Part shown: piece after piece, positions 27,701 to 37,724 of the stretch | Layout: the number at the start of each line of letters is the position of its first letter | Position numbering within the stretch: position 1 is the stretch's first letter | DNA from: Escherichia phage BEBK14 | DNA: 50,853 nt | Direction: 5' to 3' (one strand) | Sequence record: MN158214.1 | Made by a program: the position numbers and the translations under genes | Notes under the pieces: model-generated | Databases searched by the model: none | Told to the model about the DNA's origin: nothing | What the model saw: only the letters and a program-made list of their open reading frames with translations

Positions 27701-28543
27701 TTAAGTGCCTACTGTTTTCCTGAACACTATGTCAAACTGATCAGCAACTCCAGAACCGTCGTTTGCAGTCCAGTTAACATTAACATGACCACCTACTCCA
27801 GTAGGAACTACAAGACCAGTGCGACTAACGCTTGCAACCTTTGGATCTTGCTCGTTTGTAATCGTCCACTGCCCCGTTTTGTCGTCAGCCCATGTTGGAA
27901 CAACGGTTACTTTTAGCTGAACGTTGTCAATTGTTTCTGTTCCCTCTACATAACCATTTTCGGCCTCAATGATCGCACCAGTAAGAAGGTATTTTCTATG
28001 ATGAAGCGGCGTTATTCTGACTCCGACTATGTTCATTGTTTCATCAAACTTGTAAAAGTCACCAGTAAAAATCCAGCCATCGACGATTTCATCCCCATCA
28101 CTACTTGCTACAAAGCCATCATTGTTAACATAAACAAGATCGCCATGTTCAGGCGCAGACTCAATCGTTTGAGTTAAGCACCATACAACCCCTCTTGTTA
28201 AAATGTTGATAGAATCTCCTTCCTTATAGTCAGAGTATCCGTCTTCCTCGTTAACCGTTGTCGTGATATTGCTCCTTATGGCAACACCAGCAACCACAGC
28301 ATCACCCTCTTTGTGATCAACAAATATGTTGTAACCTTCAACTCTTTCTTTAAAGAAAACAACCTTTCCAGCAATGATGGATTCAGAACCGCAAACTCCA
28401 ACTCTTTCTTTAAAGAAAACAACCTTTCCAGCAATGATGGATTCAGAACCGCAAACTCCAGTGCCATCAATGTTGTAGCGAGTAGAATCAACCAGGCATC
28501 CAGGACAGGAAAGCCCCATAACAGATGAGTAATCTTTAGCCAT
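27701..28543 (-). CDS. structural (head decoration-like) protein with C-terminal Ig-like domain
   Basis: N-terminus paralogous to 28595..29104; Ig-like C-terminal segment; contains 60-bp tandem duplication. Confidence 0.5.
   Translation of the reverse strand: MAKDYSSVMGLSCPGCLVDSTRYNIDGTGVCGSESIIAGKVVFFKERVGVCGSESIIAGKVVFFKERVEGYNIFVDHKEGDAVVAGVAIRSNITTTVNEEDGYSDYKEGDSINILTRGVVWCLTQTIESAPEHGDLVYVNNDGFVASSDGDEIVDGWIFTGDFYKFDETMNIVGVRITPLHHRKYLLTGAIIEAENGYVEGTETIDNVQLKVTVVPTWADDKTGQWTITNEQDPKVASVSRTGLVVPTGVGGHVNVNWTANDGSGVADQFDIVFRKTVGT
28341..28460. repeat. perfect 60-bp tandem duplication (2 copies), in-frame within 27701..28543
   Basis: 28341..28400 identical to 28401..28460; duplicates 20 aa GVCGSESIIAGKVVFFKERV. 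Confidence 0.9.
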
Positions 28544-28568
28544 CTCATTTCTCCTTACATAATAAAAA

Positions 28569-28588
28569 AAGGCGCTCAAGCGAGCGCC
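28569..28588 (-). terminator. rho-independent terminator candidate
   Basis: AGGCGCTCAAGCGAGCGCCT preceded by A7 on plus. Confidence 0.55.
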
Positions 28589-28594
28589 TTAATT

Positions 28595-29104
28595 TTAGCT
28601 TGGGAAGACTTGAACTTCAAACAAAGTCAACAAATCGCTACCAGTACCAAAAGTGGTTTTATCTCCAGTGTAGATCCAGTTCGTATTGATGGCACCAGCA
28701 CTTTTCACCTTGCCAGTGTTTTCATCAATTTTCACAGGCTCGCGATATTGTGGAGTTTTTGATTTATCAGAATCATCGCCAACCATCCAGACTCTGCCCT
28801 CGGTCATAACGTTGATTCCGCCGCCAGCCTCATAAACCATTCGCCCATTATCAGCCGTGGTTTGAAAGTGCGAGCGGATGCCAACGCCATAAGGAACATC
28901 ACCACCACCAGAAATAACGTCGATCAGCTTATTACCCATTGAGTCAACGCCTTTTAGCTTAACAGCCACGCCAACGAGGATTGGGATGCCGTCTTCCTTG
29001 TCAAGAACGCAAGCGCCGTCGATGTTATAAGCGGAAGTGTCAGACACCTGACCAGGAAGTGCGCGCGCCATTACGTCAAAGTAACTTGCTCCAATTTTAG
29101 CCAT
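28595..29104 (-). CDS. structural (head decoration-like) protein, paralog
   Basis: shares YNIDG...VAGVA N-terminal region with 27701..28543. Confidence 0.45.
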   Translation of the reverse strand: MAKIGASYFDVMARALPGQVSDTSAYNIDGACVLDKEDGIPILVGVAVKLKGVDSMGNKLIDVISGGGDVPYGVGIRSHFQTTADNGRMVYEAGGGINVMTEGRVWMVGDDSDKSKTPQYREPVKIDENTGKVKSAGAINTNWIYTGDKTTFGTGSDLLTLFEVQVFPS

Positions 29105-29120
29105 TTTATTTCTCCTTTGA

Positions 29121-30233
29121 TTATTTCAGTTTAGCAAAGCGAGCGTTTGGATTAAGAGGCTTGTCTTCGTCTTCCTTATTGGAACAGAAAGAGTCACCCT
29201 TAACTGCTTGTCTCTGCGCTGCCATTTTATCAGAAGTCTTCGCAATATCGAAAGCGGTTTCGATGTAAGCGTCAGCCTTGTCTGATACGTCCGCACCAGT
29301 AACCTCTTTGATGTAAGCAACTTTGATTGCTTTTGCGTCCAGGCCGTCGCACTTGATGCCAATCTCTGTAGCGTCAGCAACAAGCGCGGCGTGCGCTTCT
29401 GCGTCAGCTTTGGCCTGCTTCACAGCTTCTTCAATCTTAGCCGGAATGCCATCAACCTTAGCCTGCAATGCGTCGCGCTCTGCCTCAAGTGATGCAGCCT
29501 TGTCTTTCTCAGCTTTGGCATCAGCTTTCAGGTTGTCAATGTGCGCAGCAACTTCTTTCGGCACATCAAATTCTACAGCTCCATCAAGTTTAATTTTAAC
29601 GTTCATTTTTTCATCCTCTTTGTTTGAAATATCCTCGTCACTATACGGAAAATCTTGCTCACTATCAAGGTTTAGTTTAGCGACTCCGGCACGACCACGG
29701 AAAACTAGCGCGATATGATTAACTCTGATGTTCGTCTGAATGGCATCGAACTTAACCCAATCAGGAGAATCCGGTTTCCAATCTTCTTTCATATCTTCTT
29801 CAAAGATATATTCTCCTGTTTGATTATTTCCCCAGCCTGGCTTATCAATATCAACGGAAGTGTAACCCACAGAGATTTCCGCAGTGGCGCGCTTCTTCGC
29901 GCTGTCAATCGCGCGTTTAGAGTAAATGCTTAACGGCACTTCTACCCCGATCCCGTTTGGAACGCCAGCGCCAGCACAGGAACCAACAACCACTTTTTCC
30001 GCGTTCTCAGGCGTGACGGTAACATGCCCGATAGTGATCGGCTTGCCTGCGAACGTCTCCAGGGAGTCGGCCTTGAATACCTCTGACGCTGGGCGAAATT
30101 CACGTCGAACGCCGAAAGGAGTTTGGTACTCCTGCAAACCGATACGCGCCACAATTGGGCGATCCACTAAAAATCCGTTATCGTCAAAGTGCGCTTTGAC
30201 GCGCACACTATCAAACCTTTGTTTTGCCTTCAT
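29121..30233 (-). CDS. prohead protease / scaffolding protein
   Basis: N-terminal domain resembling DUF2213-type prohead proteases, C-terminal Ala/Lys-rich coiled coil. Confidence 0.55.
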   Translation of the reverse strand: MKAKQRFDSVRVKAHFDDNGFLVDRPIVARIGLQEYQTPFGVRREFRPASEVFKADSLETFAGKPITIGHVTVTPENAEKVVVGSCAGAGVPNGIGVEVPLSIYSKRAIDSAKKRATAEISVGYTSVDIDKPGWGNNQTGEYIFEEDMKEDWKPDSPDWVKFDAIQTNIRVNHIALVFRGRAGVAKLNLDSEQDFPYSDEDISNKEDEKMNVKIKLDGAVEFDVPKEVAAHIDNLKADAKAEKDKAASLEAERDALQAKVDGIPAKIEEAVKQAKADAEAHAALVADATEIGIKCDGLDAKAIKVAYIKEVTGADVSDKADAYIETAFDIAKTSDKMAAQRQAVKGDSFCSNKEDEDKPLNPNARFAKLK

Positions 30234-30247
30234 TAATTAGTCTCCTG

Positions 30248-30994
30248 TTAATCCCATTTTGGAATAGCCCAACAACGACAACCAAATTCCTCGCCAGGGA
30301 AAACATGGTTTTCACTCAGCCGAATCAGTTTACCTTCCCACTGGACGTGTTTCAATCGCTCGCGCTCGTCTAACATCCCGTGCCAGTAATAGGCAGACAC
30401 TCCGGCATCATAAAGGCGCTGGCGCATTAGACGACTGTTCCATGCGCCAACCATATTTTCCGCCCTGGTCTTTCCCCATGAACTATAGACGGCGAATCGT
30501 TTCTCAGCCAGTTCATTAACCTGTTTGTCACTGCTTCCTCGAAAGTTGGCGCTGCGTATATTTGTTGACCAGTCAGAAACGATGTTAGTAAACAGCTTTC
30601 TCAGGGATGATTCAGTAAGTCCGATCCATTGACCGTATAACGTCCTATACCATTCCTCTTGTGCGTTAGCGCCGACCGCGATCAGAACAATGACAGCTAC
30701 GTTATCTTTGCCGCCAGTAGCGCGCGCGATGTTAATAAACTGCTGCGCATTGAATTTGTAGATCGCCAGTGCGATAGCCGGAAGGCTTGAAACGATGGCG
30801 CTGATTAAGTCGGTAGACAGATTGTTGATCTCATCCTCTGCCGCGTTAATCTCTGCGTCGCTTGCGTCAAATTTCATTGCCTTTGTCCGGCGGCGCATCA
30901 GCACAACCAGATCTCGAATCGCCTCCTGAATTGAGCGGCTTAATTGCCGCTCGCTGGCTTCAGGAAAGCGCCATTGTTTAACGGCGCGTTTCAT
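30248..30994 (-). CDS. head morphogenesis protein (SPP1 gp7 / Mu F-like)
   Basis: position directly after portal; 248 aa. Confidence 0.6.
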   Translation of the reverse strand: MKRAVKQWRFPEASERQLSRSIQEAIRDLVVLMRRRTKAMKFDASDAEINAAEDEINNLSTDLISAIVSSLPAIALAIYKFNAQQFINIARATGGKDNVAVIVLIAVGANAQEEWYRTLYGQWIGLTESSLRKLFTNIVSDWSTNIRSANFRGSSDKQVNELAEKRFAVYSSWGKTRAENMVGAWNSRLMRQRLYDAGVSAYYWHGMLDERERLKHVQWEGKLIRLSENHVFPGEEFGCRCWAIPKWD

Positions 30995-30996
30995 GA

Positions 30997-32280
30997 TTAT
31001 TCTCCCTCAGTGCCTGGCTCCGGCTCCACTGGCTCCGGCTCCGGCAATTTGATGTTGTTGGTGTCTTTCAGTTTAACTTTCGGCGCGATAGCTCGCAATG
31101 TGTCGCGTGCTTCGTCTGCGTCAATAAATTGGCCTTCGATAGCTGCTTTCAGAGAAGTAATATTTTTGTTAAGGATTTCAGCCTCGTCCTTATCGCTCGG
31201 CACGCTCAACGGCGCAAAGTCGATGCTCCACTCGTTTTCAGTGATCAGGAACGGCAGGAGAAATTCCAGGATTGGCTTGTAGTCCTCAATGCGTTTTCGT
31301 TCGATCAGTTTGTAGAACGTTTCAAGCGCGGTGTTTTGACTGGCGCTCACGCCGCCGACGTTTTTATTTTTCAGAATGATTTCATGGATACCTGACAGGG
31401 AAACAATACGATCAAGTTTCTTCTCCAGGAAGGCATCCACGCCTGAAATGTCAGAATTAAGAACGTCGTATTCTTCATCTTCCGCGTCAATCCCGATTGC
31501 ACGGCCTACACCGCTTTCATCGTCAACCTGCGCTAGTCGCAAGCGTGCCGCCTGTTCACCTTCGTTGTCGTCGCACAGGTCAGCCAGTCCGCGTGCTTTC
31601 CATACCGCCTGTTGTTTGCGGCGTAGTAGCTGTGTCGCCAGTTCTTCACAATAGTTGTAATCAACGATGGCCTCAATCAGCCGCTTATTGAGAATTGACT
31701 CGCCCCATCCATCGTTACGTCGTCTCTGCGCGTTAGGAATACGTTCACCGTCGATAACACAAATTCGTGTGTAGTGTACTTGATATTCCGGCATATCATC
31801 GCCAGGTTGGATGGTGTAAAGCACTGGCTCACCGTAGCGGACGTTTCGGGGATTTGTTTCACGTTTTTCTACTCGGATCTGGAAGCGGTCATATACGCGG
31901 ATGTCTTCAAGCATTGCGCCTTCGCGGACGGCTGACTTTAACGCTCTCCCGTCGTTGACTATTGCCACAATTGCAGCGCCACCGAACAATCGCGACCAGC
32001 ACAGGGCATCAATGATTTTTGCATTAAGGCGCTTCTCATCCCAAATAGAGCGGAAAGCGGCCTCATCTTCTATGCCATCAATATTAAACCCAGGCGTCAC
32101 CATCTCTTCCGGCACAACGTCGATGATTCTTTTTGCCATGCCATCAACGGCGTAAAAGTCGGCAAGCGTTCGCTGTTCCAGTCCTTGCATGTAAAATGGC
32201 TGATCGACTCGTTGGTTTTGGCTTCGCTTGAAAATATCGTTGTACCCGTCGTACTTTATGGTTTTATTTTTCTCACTCAT
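30997..32280 (-). CDS. portal protein
   Basis: 427 aa immediately downstream of large terminase; acidic C-terminus. Confidence 0.75.
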   Translation of the reverse strand: MSEKNKTIKYDGYNDIFKRSQNQRVDQPFYMQGLEQRTLADFYAVDGMAKRIIDVVPEEMVTPGFNIDGIEDEAAFRSIWDEKRLNAKIIDALCWSRLFGGAAIVAIVNDGRALKSAVREGAMLEDIRVYDRFQIRVEKRETNPRNVRYGEPVLYTIQPGDDMPEYQVHYTRICVIDGERIPNAQRRRNDGWGESILNKRLIEAIVDYNYCEELATQLLRRKQQAVWKARGLADLCDDNEGEQAARLRLAQVDDESGVGRAIGIDAEDEEYDVLNSDISGVDAFLEKKLDRIVSLSGIHEIILKNKNVGGVSASQNTALETFYKLIERKRIEDYKPILEFLLPFLITENEWSIDFAPLSVPSDKDEAEILNKNITSLKAAIEGQFIDADEARDTLRAIAPKVKLKDTNNIKLPEPEPVEPEPGTEGE

Positions 32281-32300
32281 GATTATTCTCCTAATAAAAA

Positions 32301-32320
32301 AGGCTGGAAAAATCCAGCCT
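32301..32320 (-). terminator. hairpin + T-run between terminase and portal
   Basis: AGGCTGGAAAAATCCAGCCT preceded by A-run on plus. Confidence 0.5.
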
Positions 32321-32335
32321 TGATTATACTTTCTT

Positions 32336-32352
32336 TTAGCAATTCGTGCTAT
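32336..32352 (-). promoter_or_regulatory. 17-bp box copy (variant CGAATTGCTAA)
   Basis: contains TAG stop of terminase; TATAAT 32323..32328 only 7 bp downstream, then hairpin + T-run, then portal RBS. Confidence 0.45.
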
Positions 32353-33917
32353 TTATTGCGTAGACCTGCCAGTTTTTTCATGCGAGCAACCGGATCATCT
32401 GCCATATTCATTTCAAGGTTAACGGCATCAACCAGTGTGTCGACAATATCATCATGTGGATGGCTATCATCGAACGTAAAAGCCGCAACCTCTGAAAGTA
32501 TCTCATCAAGCATGGGGTGTGATTCAGGTAATGCCACACGTCCAGCCTTCATTACTGGCGCTGCGTCCATAGCTCGCGTTACCTTGTCCTTGTCGCGCTG
32601 CACCGGATTGATGGCAATTGGCAACTTTTTAGCTGCACTCTGGATCAGGCCAGTTCCCGATGATTTGTCTTCTACGTGTATGCGGCGCAACGTTCCGCAC
32701 TCCTTGTTTCGCTTCCAGCATTGATTAACGAACGCTACAAAATTTGTTTCCAGTTCCGGCGCTTCCCACTTTCCGCGAACGCCATCAATGAAGTAAACGC
32801 GGTTTTTATACATCCCCCAATAGCAGATCACAGAATAGTCGTTAAGTTCTCCTGTTTTCTGAGCGGTATCAACGGTAATGAATGTGTATTCAAAGCGATC
32901 TGGCTTCTGAACGGTTGCCCTATCCCCGCCGCCGTAATATTGGAACCACTCCACCTTAAACACGTTTCCACCAAGCGCGATAGGATGCTGCTGGTACTGG
33001 CTTGCGAACGTGTAAGGATCTGCATTCCGCAGGGCAAGCAATTCCTCCGCGCTTTCCTTTGCAGGCCAGAAGGAGTAATGCGCCACGCCATCAATATACA
33101 CGGGCTTGCTGCTTAACACGTCGCGGTCAAACTCAGGTTTCAACCAGTCAGGCAACGTTTCCCGATAATCCTCGGTAACGAGCGCCGGAATGCTCACGAC
33201 CTTAAACTTGATGCCGCCCATACCGCCATTCGTCATAAACCAAGTCGAATCATTGACGTGTAGCCGCTGCTGAACCATTACAATCGGCGTGGTGTCTTTC
33301 ATTCGACGTGATCGCACGGTGTTTTTCAGGCGCATGTGTCCGGCTTCGCGCTTAACCTTTGATAACTGGTCGTCTGGTTTATCTGGATCATCAAGAACCA
33401 GCATACCAGTAAAGCCATCATCCATGTAGCCGCCGCGCAAGCCAGTTACCTGTCCACCAATAGAGCGGGAATTAACCTGCAATTTAACTTTCCCTTTCTC
33501 AGTGACTATCAGGTCTTTTGCGCTGGCCTTAGCCAGTTTGCCAGGCCATAGTTCCTGCCATTCCGGAGATCCAATAATCTCCTTAATCCTGTTGCTATTC
33601 TGCTGCACAAGTCCGTCACTAAACGAAAGATTCAGATTTCGCACCTTCTTGCTTTTTAGTGACGCATAAGGTGACATATGGATCGAAAATATCTCGGTTT
33701 TACCACTGCCAGGGGTTATATTGAAAATCACGTTTTGTGATTCGCCTTTGATGATTTTCTCTACTTCGCTGCACAGGTAGCTGAAATGCCAGTTACCTAA
33801 AAACTTTTGCCCCTGGAGTAGCTGGAACCAGATTCGAATCATCTTTTCGAATGAATGCTCGCTCATTTCCTTAATGGCGCGTTTCTGCGCCGCTGTTAAA
33901 TCTTCCCAAATAAGCAT
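32349..33917 (-). CDS. terminase large subunit
   Basis: Walker A-like GSGKT and nuclease-domain acidic residues; 522 aa. Confidence 0.85.
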   Translation of the reverse strand: MLIWEDLTAAQKRAIKEMSEHSFEKMIRIWFQLLQGQKFLGNWHFSYLCSEVEKIIKGESQNVIFNITPGSGKTEIFSIHMSPYASLKSKKVRNLNLSFSDGLVQQNSNRIKEIIGSPEWQELWPGKLAKASAKDLIVTEKGKVKLQVNSRSIGGQVTGLRGGYMDDGFTGMLVLDDPDKPDDQLSKVKREAGHMRLKNTVRSRRMKDTTPIVMVQQRLHVNDSTWFMTNGGMGGIKFKVVSIPALVTEDYRETLPDWLKPEFDRDVLSSKPVYIDGVAHYSFWPAKESAEELLALRNADPYTFASQYQQHPIALGGNVFKVEWFQYYGGGDRATVQKPDRFEYTFITVDTAQKTGELNDYSVICYWGMYKNRVYFIDGVRGKWEAPELETNFVAFVNQCWKRNKECGTLRRIHVEDKSSGTGLIQSAAKKLPIAINPVQRDKDKVTRAMDAAPVMKAGRVALPESHPMLDEILSEVAAFTFDDSHPHDDIVDTLVDAVNLEMNMADDPVARMKKLAGLRNK

Positions 33918-33929
33918 AAAACACCACCA

Positions 33930-34457
33930 TTAGATATTATCCAGAATATCGCGTACAGCCTCGCGCACTTCCTCAGCCGTCACGGATTCGATGCTGGAAT
34001 CAGCCGTGGCCTCAACGTTGATGCTTGCTGGCTTGTCTATTCCGATCTCTTTGCCGATTAAGCCAGGGTTAATCATGTTGTGAGCGGCAAGCTGAAATTT
34101 TTGCTCAAATACAACGGAATCAATAAACGCCATAACATCGCTGTAACCTGGGAGTTTTCGCAGTCTCTGGATGTTGCTGTCAGAGATACCGGAAAACAAA
34201 GAAAATCCGGTCAGCGTAAACACTCGCGGCTTATGCACTTTGCTTTCATACACATCGCCCTGGAAAGATGCCGTTTCTGCCGCCTGGATGTGGTTTTGTT
34301 CTGCCCAGGTGAAGTAACGCACAGCCAGATCGAAAATCTGTTCCGGTGTGTATCGGCTGCTGGCCTGCACGGTGACAATATCTCCGTATTTCTTGTTATA
34401 TAGTTCCTTGAAGTTTTGAACCTTCACTACTGGCTCAGGATTGCGTGCCATAATCAT
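33930..34457 (-). CDS. terminase small subunit
   Basis: position upstream of TerL; start set at internal ATG after AGGAG RBS. Confidence 0.5.
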   Translation of the reverse strand: MIMARNPEPVVKVQNFKELYNKKYGDIVTVQASSRYTPEQIFDLAVRYFTWAEQNHIQAAETASFQGDVYESKVHKPRVFTLTGFSLFSGISDSNIQRLRKLPGYSDVMAFIDSVVFEQKFQLAAHNMINPGLIGKEIGIDKPASINVEATADSSIESVTAEEVREAVRDILDNI

Positions 34458-34510
34458 TTCTCCTTTTTGATAACAGGGCATCATTATAGCAAATAACAGG
34501 CAATAAAAAA

Positions 34511-34535
34511 CCCGCCATAAAGGCGGGCTGTTTTT
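34511..34535. terminator. bidirectional terminator candidate
   Basis: CCCGCC...GGCGGG flanked by A6 and T5. Confidence 0.5.
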
Positions 34536-34537
34536 CG

Positions 34538-34780
34538 TCACTCAAGCAATTTGTATTCCACTTTTCCGTCCATTGCTTTGATGTGCTTGTGAATTTCCTG
34601 TCCGATCCGCAGGTATCGACCGCGAACATGCCATTTCTCATCCTTGCTTGAGTAAATGGCAAACGCCGCCTTGCCTTTACGTGCAAGATGAGCTATTGCG
34701 ACTGACGTCAGGCATCCCCATGCAAATGCGCCAGCAATAAAGGTGAGGATATAACTTAAAACAAATAGTAACGTACTCAT
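34538..34780 (-). CDS. small membrane protein
   Basis: N-terminal hydrophobic segment; terminator follows. Confidence 0.4.
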   Translation of the reverse strand: MSTLLFVLSYILTFIAGAFAWGCLTSVAIAHLARKGKAAFAIYSSKDEKWHVRGRYLRIGQEIHKHIKAMDGKVEYKLLE

Positions 34781-34918
34781 GACATTTCCTTTACAAAGTT
34801 AATGGAAAATTGATGTGTTTCAGGATTCGCCCCTGAAAGGCGTTTTGCAAGGTTAACGGCGTGCTCTGCATTAAAGGCCGCAACCTCACATTCAAAATCT
34901 TGTTTGCAAGATGAGCAA

Positions 34919-35152
34919 TTACGCCCCATCCGTCGAATCGTTAGTTTCACCTTGTAAATCACTGGCGATAACCTCACGCTTAATGCAAGTAATATTATGA
35001 ATCGGGTAGGCAACATCACCGATAGAAATACACGTATCATCACCATTAAGCTGATTTTCTGTGACTTCTACCGTAAAGCATTTATCAAAGCTACCGTAGA
35101 AAGGATGAATGACCTCATCGCGAAAGGCAATTGTAAGTTTGAACTTTTGCAT
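34919..35152 (-). CDS. hypothetical protein
   Basis: 77-aa ORF. Confidence 0.35.
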   Translation of the reverse strand: MQKFKLTIAFRDEVIHPFYGSFDKCFTVEVTENQLNGDDTCISIGDVAYPIHNITCIKREVIASDLQGETNDSTDGA

Positions 35153-35297
35153 TTTATTTGCTCCGTAAAAAAGGCGCTACGTCTTACAGTGTCCCAGCAT
35201 AGCGCCGTTGTTTGTGACTATCGCGTCACGCGTTCGGCAGCAAGGCCGCTCTTACGTTTACGGGATTGATGCTATCCAATCATGACAACGTTGTCAA

Positions 35298-35528
35298 TCA
35301 TTCGCGGTCGAAAGCATTACCCCACCTCCCGCGCAAGTAACCGCACAGCCAGATAAATTGCGTGATCGTCAACATTGGCGCGATTGGTTGGTAGTGCTCT
35401 GCAATGATGCTCTTCATTACTTCATCAACATACTTCCCGCGCTTTTCTACATCCGCTTTCATCGCCTCGCCGCACTTTTTAGCCTGGCGTTTAGCTGCGT
35501 TGAATTGCGCCTCATTCATGCCGAACAT
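35298..35528 (-). CDS. hypothetical protein
   Basis: start at internal ATG overlapping stop of small upstream ORF (ATGA-type coupling). Confidence 0.35.
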   Translation of the reverse strand: MFGMNEAQFNAAKRQAKKCGEAMKADVEKRGKYVDEVMKSIIAEHYQPIAPMLTITQFIWLCGYLRGRWGNAFDRE

Positions 35529-35656
35529 CAGTATCCTCTCCCCTTCCATTCTTCCGCAAGTTTGAAATAGTTCATAGCTTCTTCTACATCTCCGCGCTCC
35601 AGTGCTTCCTCCTGCTTCTCTTTGCACCACTGCGAAGGCTGCTTGTACTCACCCAT
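35528..35656 (-). CDS. hypothetical small protein (42 aa)
   Basis: AAGGTGA RBS; below ORF-track size cutoff; translationally coupled to downstream gene. Confidence 0.3.
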   Translation of the reverse strand: MGEYKQPSQWCKEKQEEALERGDVEEAMNYFKLAEEWKGRGY

Positions 35657-35726
35657 AAAATCACCTTACTTAAAAAATAGCTCGTTAGAATGCTATTGAG
35701 GCGCTCTAGCGGCTATGTGTTTTTAA

Positions 35727-36041
35727 TTAAAAACCGTCGAGAATCTCCCGAAAGTTGTTTAGCGTCTTAACTTTTGCCTTGTCCCACGTTACAGATCCTG
35801 CATCTTCCCACGGGGAACCAGGGCCGTGATTTGTCATATCGTCAATCAAGCAAGAGATCTCATCAATGACAATATCTTTTAAATGATCGCGGTGCTCAAT
35901 ATCTTCTACAGGCTCAAAAGCCTGAATGACACCGCCTAAAACCTGTTGCTGCGCCTGTGCCTTGTCAAAATCATCATGAATGAAGCGATGCTCTTTTTTG
36001 TTCTCGTTTGTTCCGATTTGGTAGTAGTGAATGTAAATCAT
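35727..36041 (-). CDS. hypothetical protein
   Basis: 104-aa ORF in tightly packed early cluster. Confidence 0.4.
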   Translation of the reverse strand: MIYIHYYQIGTNENKKEHRFIHDDFDKAQAQQQVLGGVIQAFEPVEDIEHRDHLKDIVIDEISCLIDDMTNHGPGSPWEDAGSVTWDKAKVKTLNNFREILDGF

Positions 36042-36346
36042 TTGTATTTCTCCGATACATGATTTGCAACTGATTGAACGTAATCAGCAAATGCCGACTC
36101 CATGCTTTCATTCTTTCGCTTCCAGTCCTCAATCTGCTGATCTCGGTAGCCATTCTCACCAAACCATGCCGCTGTTTCTGCCTGATCAGAACCAGCGGGA
36201 ACAAATGCGTGTTCAAGCTGGTTAAAAACTTCACGCGCTACAGACTCAGGAATTTTAACCGTTGCCTGAATACCGTTATCATCTCGCCAACCAAAGGCCG
36301 CTAACATAATTCGCGCTTGCTCTTCTGAAAGGTTGATCGTAATCAT
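36038..36346 (-). CDS. hypothetical protein
   Basis: overlapping start/stop coupling with neighbours. Confidence 0.4.
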   Translation of the reverse strand: MITINLSEEQARIMLAAFGWRDDNGIQATVKIPESVAREVFNQLEHAFVPAGSDQAETAAWFGENGYRDQQIEDWKRKNESMESAFADYVQSVANHVSEKYK

Positions 36347-36594
36347 TCGATAATCTCCGCTTCTTCGTTTGTCAAACTAAACCAATCTGTTTCCTTCACT
36401 TCGCCAAATTCGCCGCTACGGTTAACGCCAGCCATAGCCCACATCTCACCGTCTTTGTAAAGCTCTACTACCATTTCCTTTCCATTTTCGAATCCAGCCC
36501 ACTCGCGCAATGTGGGTGATTCTGGATCTGGACGATAGTCAACATTGATTAACTTAACGCGAACATGGCCTACAAAACTTTTATCTTTCATCAC
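36343..36594 (-). CDS. hypothetical protein
   Basis: overlapping start/stop coupling with neighbours. Confidence 0.4.
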   Translation of the reverse strand: MMKDKSFVGHVRVKLINVDYRPDPESPTLREWAGFENGKEMVVELYKDGEMWAMAGVNRSGEFGEVKETDWFSLTNEEAEIIE

Positions 36595-36780
36595 TTATCC
36601 CTCAAACTGAAATTGTGGATTCTCGCCGCCTAGCGCATTACCTATTGTCACCACTTCAAGTTGTCGACCTTCTTTGTCGTATGTAACCAGCGTTCCGAAG
36701 CTGCCACCTTTCTTGTAATTGTATTGCTCACATTCGAACTTCATAACGGAAAATTTTGTTTTAACTGTCAGCGTTGCCAT
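36595..36780 (-). CDS. hypothetical protein
   Basis: GAGGAGG RBS before ATG (MATLTVK). Confidence 0.4.
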   Translation of the reverse strand: MATLTVKTKFSVMKFECEQYNYKKGGSFGTLVTYDKEGRQLEVVTIGNALGGENPQFQFEG

Positions 36781-36837
36781 GTTCCGGCCTCCTCTGTTGT
36801 CGATGCGCATATAATACAAAACCAGCCGAAGCTGGTT

Positions 36838-36854
36838 TTAACAAAAAGTGCTAT
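36838..36854 (-). promoter_or_regulatory. 17-bp box copy
   Basis: contains TAG stop of 36851..37147; hairpin 36821..36836 then TATTAT 36811..36816. Confidence 0.5.
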
Positions 36855-37147
36855 TTATATAGCGCACATTCGATTTCCCAGTGCGCAAACTCATCAAAAT
36901 CATGTTGCGTCAGTGGGCGATCTTGAGTTGCGGCCTCTTCCATCATTTCGGTTAGCGTTTCGTTCATGAACGGGAAAGGGTGCTCCAGGTCGTAGCATCC
37001 AGCCAGGCATCGTGCAAAATGTCGAACTGATTTATACTCTCCGCGATTGATAGTGTAAGGTGAATTTTTAGAATCATCCCAGCCTCGACGGCGAATTTCT
37101 CTTTCAAAGCCATTGATAAGCATTTTGCGCATAGTTGCCATTTTCAT
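36851..37147 (-). CDS. hypothetical protein
   Basis: stop TAG lies inside box copy 36838..36854. Confidence 0.4.
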   Translation of the reverse strand: MKMATMRKMLINGFEREIRRRGWDDSKNSPYTINRGEYKSVRHFARCLAGCYDLEHPFPFMNETLTEMMEEAATQDRPLTQHDFDEFAHWEIECALYK

Positions 37148-37161
37148 TCTCCTATAGAAAA

Positions 37162-37180
37162 CGCCACCTTGCGGCGGCGC
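37162..37180 (-). terminator. hairpin terminator candidate
   Basis: CGCCACC...GGCGGCG imperfect stem with flanking A/T. Confidence 0.35.
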
Positions 37181-37185
37181 GTGTT

Positions 37186-37386
37186 TTACTTTTTCTTTCC
37201 GGTCAGCACATAACGCTTTCCGTTTTCGAATCCGTCACAATAGCCAGCATAACCGCCAGCCATGAAGATAATCAACCCGCCGATTGACTCAACAATGCCG
37301 CTATAATTATAAGCAAGGTAGCAACCAGCGATAAGGGCAATAAAAGTGATAATTGCTATCTTCATTCGTGATCCTATACATCGCAC
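37186..37386 (-). CDS. small membrane protein
   Basis: two hydrophobic segments in 66 aa. Confidence 0.35.
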   Translation of the reverse strand: MRCIGSRMKIAIITFIALIAGCYLAYNYSGIVESIGGLIIFMAGGYAGYCDGFENGKRYVLTGKKK

Positions 37387-37625
37387 TTATTAACAACAAG
37401 CAAACGAAGGCGTGATTTGCGGAATCGGTGCGCTGTTTTCGCATACATTGCCGCCGAACTGTATCGGGCAAACTCCATAGCGAACAGGCCGAATGAATCC
37501 TCTGTCAGATATTCCCAGCGACCGCGCCAGGTGCTACGACGTTGCAGATAGTAAACCTTGCATTCAGTGCAACACACGATCCGGTATTCTGGACGAATAA
37601 GCCGCTTTAGTGCATTGATAACCAT
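37374..37625 (-). CDS. hypothetical protein
   Basis: 83-aa ORF. Confidence 0.35.
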   Translation of the reverse strand: MVINALKRLIRPEYRIVCCTECKVYYLQRRSTWRGRWEYLTEDSFGLFAMEFARYSSAAMYAKTAHRFRKSRLRLLVVNKCDV

Positions 37626-37724
37626 AATCCAAACCTCAAACAGTGAAAAATTAACAGAACGAATAGTATCACAGCCATCGCCTTATGAAAATCAAATGGC
37701 GGCTTTGGATTAGTCGAATCGACG

